Shown here: positions 8,779 to 18,041 of the stretch, one piece after another
Layout of the letters: each line of letters opens with the position of its first letter
Position numbering within the stretch: the first letter of the stretch is position 1
NCBI GenBank assembly: GCA_900318015.1
Contig: ONJB01000006.1
Location: 9,658 to 73,657, forward strand
Direction of reading: 5' to 3'
Source: an uncultured Bacteroidales bacterium
Lineage (GTDB): Bacteria > Bacteroidota > Bacteroidia > Bacteroidales > UBA932
DNA length: 64,000 bases
The notes under the pieces: generated by a model
Database searches by the model: none
The model's input: only the letters and a program-made list of their open reading frames with translations
Told to the model about the DNA's origin: nothing
Program-made: the position numbers and the translations under genes

Positions 8779-10581
8779 TTAGAATTTCAAACCGTCATTC
8801 CAGCCCGGGTTCTGGGTGAGCGCGCCTCCCGTGAGGTTGCGGTCGTCCGTCGGGATGGGATACAAGTAGTCCCTGTCTTCATTCCAGGTGCGGGAGACGT
8901 CGCTGTGCAGCAGGATCATGCCGGCGTCGCCGTCCTTGAGGATGACGTCGGAGCCGAGTTTCTTGGTCACCGCGGCGCTGGAGGTGGCGGAGGCGGCATA
9001 GACCTCGAAGTCGGCAGTTCCGTTACCATCCAGGTCATAGACGCCCACACCGGGGAGATACATGCCATAGAAAGGAGCCTCGAAGACCTTGCCTTCCTTC
9101 CAGCGCATCAGGTCGTAGTAACGGTGGCCTTCCTGGCAGAGTTCGATGGCGCGTTCGCGGCGGATCTCCAGGATGACACCCTTGTTGGCGTCGGCGGCGA
9201 GCACGGAGCTCTGGTAGCCGCCGAAAGCGGGATTGGTGAGAAAAGCGTCCGGATTGGCATTGGCATCGGCCAGGCTCAGGTGGGGCATGCCCACGCGGTC
9301 ACGCAACTTGTTGACGGACAGGTCCAGGTCTTCCTGCGTCAGGGTGCCTGCGTCGGCCAGGGCCTCGGCGTAGTTGAGCATGACCTCCGCGGCGCGGAAG
9401 ATGATCAGGTCGATGTCCGAGTTGTTGTAGGAATCCTGGTCCAGCGTGGTCACATACTTGTCCGGATGGTAGCCCGTGAAGGACACCTTCAGGTCGGGGG
9501 CCGTGAAGGTCTCCTGGTCCATGCGCTTGTAACCGGGGGTACGGATACTCTGCGCCAGGCGCGGGTCGCGGTCCTGGGTCTCCTGCTGAAAAGTCATCGT
9601 CTCCCAGCCGGCCTTGTCGGTGAAGCGGGAGCCGTCCTTCATCAGGTAGCTGGCCACCAGCTTGCGGGTCATGGCGGGGCAGCCCATCGAACCGACCGTC
9701 ATCGTGTTGCCGGAACTGTGGACGGCGCCGTACGCCTTGTTATAGTCGCGGGCGAGGATCACCTCGTCCATCAGGTCGGTGGCATTCATAGTGGTGAACA
9801 GTTCATGATAGCTCGTGTTCACGTCGCCGGAATGCAGGCCGTAACCGCTGGACTGGATGAACTCCAGGGAAACCTTGGCGCATTCGGCCAGATACCACTT
9901 GTAATCCTTGGCATTGGCAGGCAGGGTAGCCAGGGAGGCATCGCCTGCATGGTACTTCCGGTAAGTACCTTCGAACAAGAGGACGCGGGATTTCAGGGCC
10001 ATCGCCGTCCACTTGGTCACCTCATAGGCGCTCTTGGTGGTGGGGAGGTTCCCAATGGCAAAGTCCAAGTCTTCGATCATCTTCTCCATGATCAGCTCAC
10101 GGCTGTCGCGGGGCTTGTTGAGCAGCTCGGTGTCCGTGGAGCCGATGGGTTTGTCATACCACGGGACGTCGCCGAAGCGCTTGACCTTGGCGAAATAGAA
10201 GTAGGCGCGGAAGAAACGGGTAAGGGCCTCATAGTGGAGGCGGACCTGCTCGTCCGGGCAATTGCCGATGTTTTCGAGCAGGGTATTGATGTTGCGGAGG
10301 GCCGACCAGCTCCAACCGCTTCCGCTGGCCGGGATGGTCCGCTTGCCCATGCCCTCGTTGGACATGTTGTTCTGGGTGTAGTGGTCGTCGTTGGCCACAT
10401 ACAGGTCTGAACCGGGGAACAGCTCGTAGAAGCCGATGGAGTAGGCCTGGAGCTCACTCTCGCTCTTGAAGAACGTGTCGGCGGAAAGCCGGTCCTTGGG
10501 AACGGCGTCCAACAGGTCGTCGCAGCCGGTGAAAGCGAATCCGGCCAGGAGCATCAGTACGGGAATGATTATCTTTTTCAT
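8779..10581 (-). CDS. susD: SusD/RagB family nutrient-binding lipoprotein
   Basis: Lipobox AFTGC; RFFRAYFYFAKVKRFGDVPW, FRAAEVMLNYAEA, ILEIRRERAIELCQEGHRYYDLMRWK and C-terminal QNPGW; adjacent to susC. Confidence 0.93.
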   Translation of the reverse strand: MKKIIIPVLMLLAGFAFTGCDDLLDAVPKDRLSADTFFKSESELQAYSIGFYELFPGSDLYVANDDHYTQNNMSNEGMGKRTIPASGSGWSWSALRNINTLLENIGNCPDEQVRLHYEALTRFFRAYFYFAKVKRFGDVPWYDKPIGSTDTELLNKPRDSRELIMEKMIEDLDFAIGNLPTTKSAYEVTKWTAMALKSRVLLFEGTYRKYHAGDASLATLPANAKDYKWYLAECAKVSLEFIQSSGYGLHSGDVNTSYHELFTTMNATDLMDEVILARDYNKAYGAVHSSGNTMTVGSMGCPAMTRKLVASYLMKDGSRFTDKAGWETMTFQQETQDRDPRLAQSIRTPGYKRMDQETFTAPDLKVSFTGYHPDKYVTTLDQDSYNNSDIDLIIFRAAEVMLNYAEALADAGTLTQEDLDLSVNKLRDRVGMPHLSLADANANPDAFLTNPAFGGYQSSVLAADANKGVILEIRRERAIELCQEGHRYYDLMRWKEGKVFEAPFYGMYLPGVGVYDLDGNGTADFEVYAASATSSAAVTKKLGSDVILKDGDAGMILLHSDVSRTWNEDRDYLYPIPTDDRNLTGGALTQNPGWNDGLKF

Positions 10582-10592
10582 AGCGGGATTCA

Positions 10593-13500
10593 TTAAAGGG
10601 TGATGTCAATGCCGAAGACGTAGCTCTTCTGCCAGGGATAGATGCGCATGTTGCCGCCCGTCATGGCCATTTCAGGATCCACGTATCTGCCGTGCAGGCC
10701 GGGCGCCCAGAAGAACAGGTTTTCGCCGGTGAAATACAGACGGAGCTTAGAGATGGCGATCTTCTTGGTCAACTTCTCCGGAAGGGTGTAGCCGAAGGTG
10801 AGGTTCTTCAGACGCAGGTAGCCGATATTCTGCAGGTAGCGGTCGTTCACCACACCCAGGGGACGGTTCGCATTCATGGCGATATAGCCGCGGGGGCGCG
10901 GGAAGAAAGCGTTCGGATTCTCCTCGCTCCAGCAGTCGTTCAGGAAGTCCTTCGGGATGAAGGTCATGTAAGGACGGGCGTAGGGACCCCAGAAGTTACG
11001 GGCATCCGCAGCCGGATACCAGTCCATCTTGCCGATGCCCTGGAAGAAGACCGCAAGGTCGAAGCCGAACCAGGATGCGTTCAGGTTCACGCCATAGTTG
11101 TAGCGCGGCTTGCTGTTGCCGATGATCTGCCAGTCGCCGCTGTCACCCACCTTCTCGGCCCCCTTGTTGATGGCGCCGTCGCCGTCCAGGTCGGCGAACT
11201 TCATGTCGCCGGCGAAGAGGCCGTTCGGGAAAATCTGCGCGTCGTTCACCTTGCTCTGGTCCACGGCATAGCTCTTCGCTTCCTCGTCGGTGGCGAAAAG
11301 GCCGGCGATGTGGTAACCCCAGATGTCACCGTATTTCTGACCCTCCCAGTACGTCTTCGCGAAGAGCTTGTCCGGGTTGTTGAAGCGGGTGATGTGGGAC
11401 ACGTAATCGGAGAAGACCACGCTCACGCCGTAATGGAAGGATTCGGAGCCCAGCTTGAAGGCATCCCTCCAGCCCAGGGTGAGTTCATAACCCTTGGTAC
11501 GGAGGTCGGCCGTGTTCTCCTGCGGGGTGGAAGCGCCGTACACAGCCGGGAGAGGCTCACCGGCGGTGAGCATGTCCTTGGTGTCACGGATATAGCCTTC
11601 GGCACTGAATTCCAGGCGGTTACCCAGGAAGGCCAGGTCCACACCCAGGTTGCTCTGGAGGGAGCGCTCCCAGGTGAGGCCCGAGGAAACCGGGGCGGAC
11701 AGGGAGGCCTGCGGCAGGTTCGCGCCGCCCAGCAGGTAGGAGGACTTGCCGCTGGTGGAGACGGTCCGGATAGCCGGATAGTAGGAGCTCATCTGCTGGT
11801 TGCCCAGCTGGCCGTAGGAGAAGCGGATCTTGAAGTTGTCCCACCAGGTACGCAGCGGCGAGAAGAACGGCTCTTCGGACACTCTCCAACCCAGGGAAGC
11901 GGACGGGGAGAACACCCAGCGGCTGCCGCGGAGGAAGCGGGAAGAACCGTCGTAACGGCCGTTCAGCTCCAGCAGGTAGCGACCCTTGTAGTCATAGTTC
12001 AGACGGGCGAAGTAACCCGCGAGCTTGTACTCGTTCTGGCCACCGGAGGTTTCCATGCGCTTCTTGCCGTCCGGATCGTTAGGATCGGCGCCGATGAGGT
12101 TCTGGTCGTTCAGCTCCGTCGAATACAGGTAGTAACCGATGGCACCCAGGTCCTTGATCCAGCGGGTCTCGTAGTTCACGCCTGCCATCAGCTTGAGGTT
12201 GTGGGCCTTATTGAAGCTGTTCTCGTAGGTGGCGTACAGGTTGTAGGCCTGGTAGATATTGGTGTTGGCACTCTCGGAAAGCTTGTCCAGGAACGGGGAT
12301 GCGTCAGCCTTGGTCTCAACCACATTGGGGTACTTGGAATAGTAACCCGGCACCGCACGGTTCATGTAGCGGTTGTACTTGAGCGTGTAGGTGTAGTCGC
12401 CCTTGATGGTGAAACCCTTGAACGGCTTCAGGGTGAAGTCCACGGTCTCGCTCAGGTTGTCCACCTTGTCCTCGTTGAAGTTGTCCTCGGCGAGGAGCAT
12501 CAGGAGACCGTCCATGATCGTATATCCGTTGTACTTGGTGTAGTACAGGGAGGTACCGTCCGGATTCGTGGCGGGATAGCTCGCAAGGCCGTGGCCGGAG
12601 CTCTTCGCGAAATTGTTGTTGATGCCACCCTGGCCCGGATAGAAGTAGGAGCTGTTGAAGTAGCTCGTGTTGGAGCCGATCCGCAGCCAGTCGGTCACGT
12701 CGAAGGAGATCTTCGCGCGCAGGTTCACGCGCGAATAATTATCGGGCTTTTCCTTGAACATGCCCTGCTCGTACGTGTAACCGCCGGAGACCAGGTAGCT
12801 CACATGGTTGGTGGCGCCGCTGGCCGAGATGGTGTGGTTCGTGGTGGGCTTGACGTCATTGTACAGGACGTGCCACCAGTCCGTATTCGCGTAATAATTG
12901 TAGACGTCCTGGCCGTTCTCCTGCGTAATCACCACCCAGGGGCGCTCGGGATTCTCCACCTTGTCATTCCGCCGGGCCCACAGTTCCTGCATGTCCGCAT
13001 CGGAGTAGTTGGCATACTTGGTACCCGGGCTGTAGGTACCCCAGAAGAGGTTGTTCAGATAGACGGAGTCATAGCCGCGGCTCTCGTAGTCGGTCCGGGT
13101 AGTCGGAGCGGTGACGCCAAAGCGGCCGCTGTAGGAGACCTTGGCGCGGCCTTCCTTTTCCCGGCTGCCGTTCTTGGTGGTCACAAGGATCACGCCGGCC
13201 GAGCCGCGGGCGCCGTAGATGGCGGCCGCGGCGGCGTCCTTGATGACGGAGATGCTCTCCACGTCCACGGGGTTGACATACTGGATGTCACCTTCCACGC
13301 CGTCAATGAGGACGAGCGGGCTGCCCCCGTTGATGGAGTTCCAACCACGGATGTTGAGCGAGGCGGCCTGGCCGGGACGGCCGGAACCTGACGTGATGTT
13401 CAGGCCAGGGACGGTACCCTGCAGCATGTGGCCCACGTCCAGGGCGGAACGGTCCTTGAGTTCGTCGGCCTTCACCACGGAGACGGCGCCGGTGAGGTTT

Positions 13501-13844
13501 TCTTTCTTCTGGGTGCCGTAGCCCACGACCACGGCGTCTTCCAGGATATTCTGGTCCTCCTCAAGCACCACCAGGAGCTGGCGGCGGCCCTGGACGGGCA
13601 CCTGCTGCGACACATAGCCGAGGCAGGAAACTTCGAGGACAGCGTTGGGATCGACGCTGATGGAGAAGGATCCATCCGCGTCCGTTGTCACGCCGGTACT
13701 GCCGGAAAGCACGACGGCCCCGATGACGGGGCCATTGGCATCCGACACCGTACCGCGTACAGCAATCTTTTGGGCAAAGGCGCCAAAAGAGACGGTCATA
13801 CCGAGAAGTATGGCCAGTACGCTGAACAGTTTCTTGGATAACAT
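10593..13844 (-). CDS. susC: SusC/RagA family TonB-dependent transporter
   Basis: VVVGYGTQKKENLTGAVS, NPVDVESISVIKDAAAAAIYGARGSAGVILVTTK, RYDGSSRF, LRLKNLTFGYTLP and terminal FGIDITL. Confidence 0.96.
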   Translation of the reverse strand: MLSKKLFSVLAILLGMTVSFGAFAQKIAVRGTVSDANGPVIGAVVLSGSTGVTTDADGSFSISVDPNAVLEVSCLGYVSQQVPVQGRRQLLVVLEEDQNILEDAVVVGYGTQKKENLTGAVSVVKADELKDRSALDVGHMLQGTVPGLNITSGSGRPGQAASLNIRGWNSINGGSPLVLIDGVEGDIQYVNPVDVESISVIKDAAAAAIYGARGSAGVILVTTKNGSREKEGRAKVSYSGRFGVTAPTTRTDYESRGYDSVYLNNLFWGTYSPGTKYANYSDADMQELWARRNDKVENPERPWVVITQENGQDVYNYYANTDWWHVLYNDVKPTTNHTISASGATNHVSYLVSGGYTYEQGMFKEKPDNYSRVNLRAKISFDVTDWLRIGSNTSYFNSSYFYPGQGGINNNFAKSSGHGLASYPATNPDGTSLYYTKYNGYTIMDGLLMLLAEDNFNEDKVDNLSETVDFTLKPFKGFTIKGDYTYTLKYNRYMNRAVPGYYSKYPNVVETKADASPFLDKLSESANTNIYQAYNLYATYENSFNKAHNLKLMAGVNYETRWIKDLGAIGYYLYSTELNDQNLIGADPNDPDGKKRMETSGGQNEYKLAGYFARLNYDYKGRYLLELNGRYDGSSRFLRGSRWVFSPSASLGWRVSEEPFFSPLRTWWDNFKIRFSYGQLGNQQMSSYYPAIRTVSTSGKSSYLLGGANLPQASLSAPVSSGLTWERSLQSNLGVDLAFLGNRLEFSAEGYIRDTKDMLTAGEPLPAVYGASTPQENTADLRTKGYELTLGWRDAFKLGSESFHYGVSVVFSDYVSHITRFNNPDKLFAKTYWEGQKYGDIWGYHIAGLFATDEEAKSYAVDQSKVNDAQIFPNGLFAGDMKFADLDGDGAINKGAEKVGDSGDWQIIGNSKPRYNYGVNLNASWFGFDLAVFFQGIGKMDWYPAADARNFWGPYARPYMTFIPKDFLNDCWSEENPNAFFPRPRGYIAMNANRPLGVVNDRYLQNIGYLRLKNLTFGYTLPEKLTKKIAISKLRLYFTGENLFFWAPGLHGRYVDPEMAMTGGNMRIYPWQKSYVFGIDITL

Positions 13845-13878
13845 ATGAGTATGGTTAAAAGTGAATTTGCGGTCAACA

Positions 13879-13886
13879 CAAAGTTA
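13879..13886 (-). promoter_or_regulatory. Bacteroidota -7 promoter box for susC
   Basis: Reverse complement reads TAACTTTG, matching TAnnTTTG, about 35 nt upstream of the susC ATG. Confidence 0.7.
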
Positions 13887-13920
13887 TGCATTCTCGGGGA
13901 AAAAAGGGCGGCCGCTCCGG

Positions 13921-14010
13921 AAATAGTAGATGTCCCGCGGGCTTCAACCCAAACAAATCATTGATAATCAAGAATAACCAAAACAATCCATCCCCCTTAA
14001 ATAGTAGATG
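13921..14010. repeat. Exact 12-bp direct repeat AAATAGTAGATG, 78-bp period; candidate regulator binding sites
   Basis: Copies at 13921-13932 and 13999-14010 in the susC/regulator divergent intergenic region. Confidence 0.6.
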
Positions 14011-14039
14011 GAATCGTTGGATTAAAACGGGATTCTTCG

Positions 14040-14047
14040 TATTTTTG
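14040..14047 (+). promoter_or_regulatory. Bacteroidota -7 promoter box for the regulator gene
   Basis: TATTTTTG matches TAnnTTTG, 24 nt upstream of ATG 14072. Confidence 0.6.
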
Positions 14048-14071
14048 TCCCGGTATCAAGCGCTTCTTACC

Positions 14072-15682
14072 ATGCGTCCTGCGTTTCTTCCGCTGCTCGC
14101 GGCCTGCCTCCTTCTCCTCCTTCCCGCCTGCCGGGACGGAAAGGACCGTACCCCGGAATGGGAGACCGCCCTGCGGGAACTGGACCGGTCCCTGGCCCAG
14201 GAAGCCCGCCTCAGCCAGATGCTCGTCGCGAACCTGGCGGACTTGAAAATCCAGTTCAAGCACGCGGCCTCCCCCCGCGCCCGCTACCGCTACTGCGACC
14301 GGATCTTCGACGGATACCTCAAGTACGATGTGGACTCCGCCCTCCGGTATGCGCACCTGAAGGACGCGATCGCCTCGGAGGTGGGCGACCCGGAACTCCG
14401 GCTGGACGCCGCCCTGGACCTCGCCCAGCGCTACCTGATCTCCGGGATGTACCATACCGCCCTCGAAGCGGTCCAGGCCGTCGACACGGCTGCGGCCGTT
14501 TCTCCCGGCCGGTTCGCGGCCTATTACCAGACCCTCAACTCCATCTACCACGGCATGGCCCTGGCGGCCAAGGACCCGGAACTGTCCGCCAGGTTCCGCG
14601 CGCAGGAACTGCTGTACCAGCGGCGCAGCCGGGCGCTGCTCACGGAAGACATGCTGGACTATTACACGGTCAATGCCGACATCGAAATCGAGAACGGGCA
14701 CCCGGAGCGGGCGCGGGAACTGATGAACAACCGGCTCGCCGACGAGCGCCTCTCCCTCCAGGACCAGGCTATCGCACACTATTGGATCGCCAAGACCTAC
14801 CGGGAGGAAGGAGACCGCGAGAACGAACTGAAGCATTACGCCATCAGCGCGAACTGCGACCAGCTGGCCCCGGTGAAGGCGTCCCGGTCCCTGATCCGCC
14901 TGTCCCGGATCCTGTTCGAACGCGGAGACCTGGACCGCGCCTACACCTACATCGTCCGGGCCTATGAGGACGCCACCCGGTCCGACGCCCGCACCGCCCT
15001 GGACGAGATCAACCAGTCGCAGCCCGGCATCATCGCCTCCTATGAAAAGCTGGAACAACGCCGCCAGCGACAACTGAAGGGCTTCCTGGCCGTCACCATC
15101 CTGATCCTGGCCGCCCTGGGCTTCGCCCTCCTGCGCCTCTACCGCAACCACAAGCGGATCGGCCGGATGCAGCGGCAGATCCTGGAGAACGTGGAGCGGC
15201 TCAAGGAATCGAACCAGATCAAGGATACCTACCTGGGCCGCTACCTGTCCATGTTCTCCGAACACATCGACGCCCTGGAGCGTTACCGGTCCGGACTCCG
15301 GGTCACGGCCAAGTCCAAGGACCTGGATGACATCCTCCGCGTCCTCAAGTCGGACGCGTACATCGACACGGAACGGAAAACCCTGTATGACGAATTCGAC
15401 GCCACCTTCCTGGGCGTGTTCCCGGATTTCGTGAATCAGCTGAACGGCCTCCTGCGGGAAGAGGCCCGCATCGGGCAGGACCTGCCGCCCGGAAAGCTCT
15501 CCAACGAACTCCGCATCTTCGCGCTCATCCGCCTTGGCGTCACCGAATCGGCCCAGATCGCCCGGTTCCTGAAGAAATCACCCTCCACCATCTACAACTA
15601 CCGCGTCAAACTGCGGAACGCCGCGGCCTGCGACCGCGACGAATTCGAGAAAAGGTTGATGGAGATCGGGAATCCGGGATAG
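14072..15682 (+). CDS. SusR-like membrane-spanning transcriptional regulator (TPR-like sensor, TM helix, DUF6377/HTH)
   Basis: Start reassigned to MRPAFLPLL; helical TPR-like region; TM segment LKGFLAVTILILAALGFALL; C-terminal FDATFLGVFPDFV...ELRIFALIRLGVTESAQIARFLKKSPSTIYNYRVKLRN. Divergent from susC. Confidence 0.85.
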   Translation: MRPAFLPLLAACLLLLLPACRDGKDRTPEWETALRELDRSLAQEARLSQMLVANLADLKIQFKHAASPRARYRYCDRIFDGYLKYDVDSALRYAHLKDAIASEVGDPELRLDAALDLAQRYLISGMYHTALEAVQAVDTAAAVSPGRFAAYYQTLNSIYHGMALAAKDPELSARFRAQELLYQRRSRALLTEDMLDYYTVNADIEIENGHPERARELMNNRLADERLSLQDQAIAHYWIAKTYREEGDRENELKHYAISANCDQLAPVKASRSLIRLSRILFERGDLDRAYTYIVRAYEDATRSDARTALDEINQSQPGIIASYEKLEQRRQRQLKGFLAVTILILAALGFALLRLYRNHKRIGRMQRQILENVERLKESNQIKDTYLGRYLSMFSEHIDALERYRSGLRVTAKSKDLDDILRVLKSDAYIDTERKTLYDEFDATFLGVFPDFVNQLNGLLREEARIGQDLPPGKLSNELRIFALIRLGVTESAQIARFLKKSPSTIYNYRVKLRNAAACDRDEFEKRLMEIGNPG

Positions 15683-15683
15683 C

Positions 15684-17318
15684 CTACCAGCTGATCGCGG
15701 GCTTCGTGAGCGCTTCCTTCAGCTGTTCGTCCGTGCGGAGGCGGACCTTGATGCCGGCCTCCTGGAACCAGTAGCGGACGGCGATCTCCTCCTCAATGAA
15801 CGGAACGATCTCGTCCTTCTTCAGCCGCAGGAAGGTTTCCTTGTCCATGTCCAGGGACTTCTCCATGGCAGCGAGTTCGCCGGACATCGTCCCGGTGAGG
15901 CCGTCTTCGGCAAGGACTTTCTTCATCTCGTCGAACAGGGCCCGGGCGGAGGAACGGTAATCGAACTCCTTGTCCTTCGCGAAGCTGACGAAGTCGTCAT
16001 AGGCGTCGAAATGGAAGTCCTCCACCGCCGGAAGCGCCTCATGTTCCCGGACATACTTCATGGCATACTGGTCCACGATGCCGTTCAGGACGATGGAATA
16101 GGTCAGGCGGGAGTACTTGTGCGCCTTGACCTCGAAGTCGGGGGTGATACCGCCGCCGTCCCGGACCGTGCGGCCGTGGAGGGTCTTGAACGCGTGCGTC
16201 AGGGAATCGGGGATATGGCCCACGCTGCCGTCCTCGTTGCGGTGGCTGTAGTCGATGGCCTGCACGCAGCGGCCCGAAGGGGTGTAGTACTTGGCGGTGG
16301 TCACCTTCAGCTGGCCGTCATACGGCAGCGGACGGATGCTCTGCACCAGTCCCTTCCCGTAGGTGCGGGTGCCGATGATGGTGGCGCGGTCCATGTCCTG
16401 CAGGGCGCCGGACACGATCTCGGAAGCCGAGGCCGAGCCGGAATCGACCAGCACCACGATGGGTATTTCCAGGTCGATGGGGTCGGTCGTAGTCTTGTAC
16501 ACCTGCTCCGTACCGGCCAGGCGGCCCTTGGAGGTCACGACGACGGAACCCTTCGGGACAAACAGGGAGACGATGTTCACGGCTTCGTTCAGCAGGCCGC
16601 CGCCATTGCTGCGGAGGTCCAGGACGAGCCGCTTCATTCCCCTCTTTTTCAGGGTGTTGTATGCATCCCGGATGCCCTGGCCCACTCCGTCCGTAAACTT
16701 GGTCATGAGGACATAGCCGTCCTGGTCGTTGATCATGTCCACATACTCGATGGAGGGAAGCGCGATGCGCTCGCGCGTGACGGGAATCTCGACGACTTCG
16801 CCCGCCTGCCAGGTGGGGCCGCCGCGCAGTTTCTTCACGCGGAAGACCACCTGCGTCCCGGGCTTGCCGCGCATCTTGTCGGAGCACTGCTGGCTCGTGA
16901 GGCCGTGGGTGGTTTCCCCGTCGATGGTCTCGATCTCGTCGCCGCAGCGGAGGCCGGCCTTGGCGGCCGGGGAGCCGGCATAGGGCTCATTGATCTGCAC
17001 GTTGCCGTTCACGTCAGGCTTGTAGATCACCGCACCGATGCCGCCATAGGTGTTGGACAGCATCATCTGGAAGTCTTCCTGCTCTTCTTCCGGGACATAC
17101 ACGGTATAGGGATCCAGGGCCGACAGCATCGCGTCCACGCCTTCCCGCTCGATGCGGCCGACTTCCAGGGAGTCGACATAGGAGCGGTTCAGTTCCTTGA
17201 GGATGGCGTTGTGGAGTTCGACCCACTTGCCCAGAGAGAAACTCTTGGACTGGGCGGAGGCGGTGACGGTAACGGTGAGGGCGGCGAGGGCCGCGAGGAA
17301 ATATCTCGTACTTTTCAT
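15684..17318 (-). CDS. S41 family C-terminal processing peptidase with PDZ domain
   Basis: LDPYT, YGGIG (PDZ), LVLDLRSNGGGLL, SASASEIVSGALQD and TYGKGLVQ motifs. Confidence 0.93.
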   Translation of the reverse strand: MKSTRYFLAALAALTVTVTASAQSKSFSLGKWVELHNAILKELNRSYVDSLEVGRIEREGVDAMLSALDPYTVYVPEEEQEDFQMMLSNTYGGIGAVIYKPDVNGNVQINEPYAGSPAAKAGLRCGDEIETIDGETTHGLTSQQCSDKMRGKPGTQVVFRVKKLRGGPTWQAGEVVEIPVTRERIALPSIEYVDMINDQDGYVLMTKFTDGVGQGIRDAYNTLKKRGMKRLVLDLRSNGGGLLNEAVNIVSLFVPKGSVVVTSKGRLAGTEQVYKTTTDPIDLEIPIVVLVDSGSASASEIVSGALQDMDRATIIGTRTYGKGLVQSIRPLPYDGQLKVTTAKYYTPSGRCVQAIDYSHRNEDGSVGHIPDSLTHAFKTLHGRTVRDGGGITPDFEVKAHKYSRLTYSIVLNGIVDQYAMKYVREHEALPAVEDFHFDAYDDFVSFAKDKEFDYRSSARALFDEMKKVLAEDGLTGTMSGELAAMEKSLDMDKETFLRLKKDEIVPFIEEEIAVRYWFQEAGIKVRLRTDEQLKEALTKPAISW

Positions 17319-17367
17319 ATGCAATCAGTTCCAGGGACGCCATCGCACAAACGGCGTGCCAGCGGGG

Positions 17368-17396
17368 CAAAGTTACGAAAAAATGGAGTATCTTTG
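17368..17396. promoter_or_regulatory. Back-to-back divergent -7 boxes (S41 peptidase / rdgB)
   Basis: TAACTTTG on the minus strand (17368-17375) and TATCTTTG on the plus strand (17389-17396). Confidence 0.7.
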
Positions 17397-17417
17397 CGGC
17401 GTTAATCGCAACTGTTT

Positions 17418-18041
17418 ATGAAGATCGTCTTTGCCACCGGCAATCCCGGCAAGCTGCGCGAGGCCAGCGAGATCCTCGGAGAAGGGTTCGAGCTTGTCAC
17501 CCCCGCCGAAGCCGGCATCCCCGAAGATATTCCCGAGACGGGTGAAACCCTCCGGGCCAATTCCCTGCAGAAAGCCCAATACATTTACGAAAAGACCGGC
17601 CTGGACTGCTTCGCCGACGACACCGGCCTGGAAGTCGAAATCCTGGCCGGGGCGCCCGGCGTCCATACCGCCCGCTACGGCGGCCCCCAGAAGAACCCGG
17701 CCGACAACATCGCCCGGCTCCTCCGGGAAATGGCCTGCCGCGAACGGGAGGCCTCCGTCGCGCGCGAATACGGATTCAACACGCCCCACGCCAACCGCCG
17801 GGCCCGTTTCCGCACGTCCGTCACCCTCATCACCGGCGGAGAAAAGCATTTCTTCGACGGCATCATGGAGGGGCAGATCGCCCGCCAGAAGGCCGGCAAG
17901 GGCGGGTTCGGCTACGACCCCGTCTTCATCCCGGACGGTTATGACGTCACCGCCGCCGAAATCACCGAAGAAGAGAAAAACGCCATCTCCCACCGCGGCA
18001 AGGCCCTCCGGGCCATGGCGGACTACCTGAAGAGCCGATGA
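17418..18041 (+). CDS. rdgB: Non-canonical purine NTP pyrophosphatase (RdgB/HAM1)
   Basis: FATGNPGKLRE, ETGETLRANSLQKA, ADDTGLEV, GAPGVHTARY, GFGYDPVF and KNAISHRGKAL. Confidence 0.96.
   Translation: MKIVFATGNPGKLREASEILGEGFELVTPAEAGIPEDIPETGETLRANSLQKAQYIYEKTGLDCFADDTGLEVEILAGAPGVHTARYGGPQKNPADNIARLLREMACREREASVAREYGFNTPHANRRARFRTSVTLITGGEKHFFDGIMEGQIARQKAGKGGFGYDPVFIPDGYDVTAAEITEEEKNAISHRGKALRAMADYLKSR

Noticed and set aside
13886-14071. Upstream extensions of ORFs 13886..15682, 29427..32030 and 39891..42134
   Set aside because: Signal peptides and promoter or overlap positions indicate later starts (14072, 29733, 39933).
13845-14071. Invertible (phase-variable) promoter upstream of susC
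   Set aside because: The repeats are direct, not inverted, and no recombinase gene is nearby.
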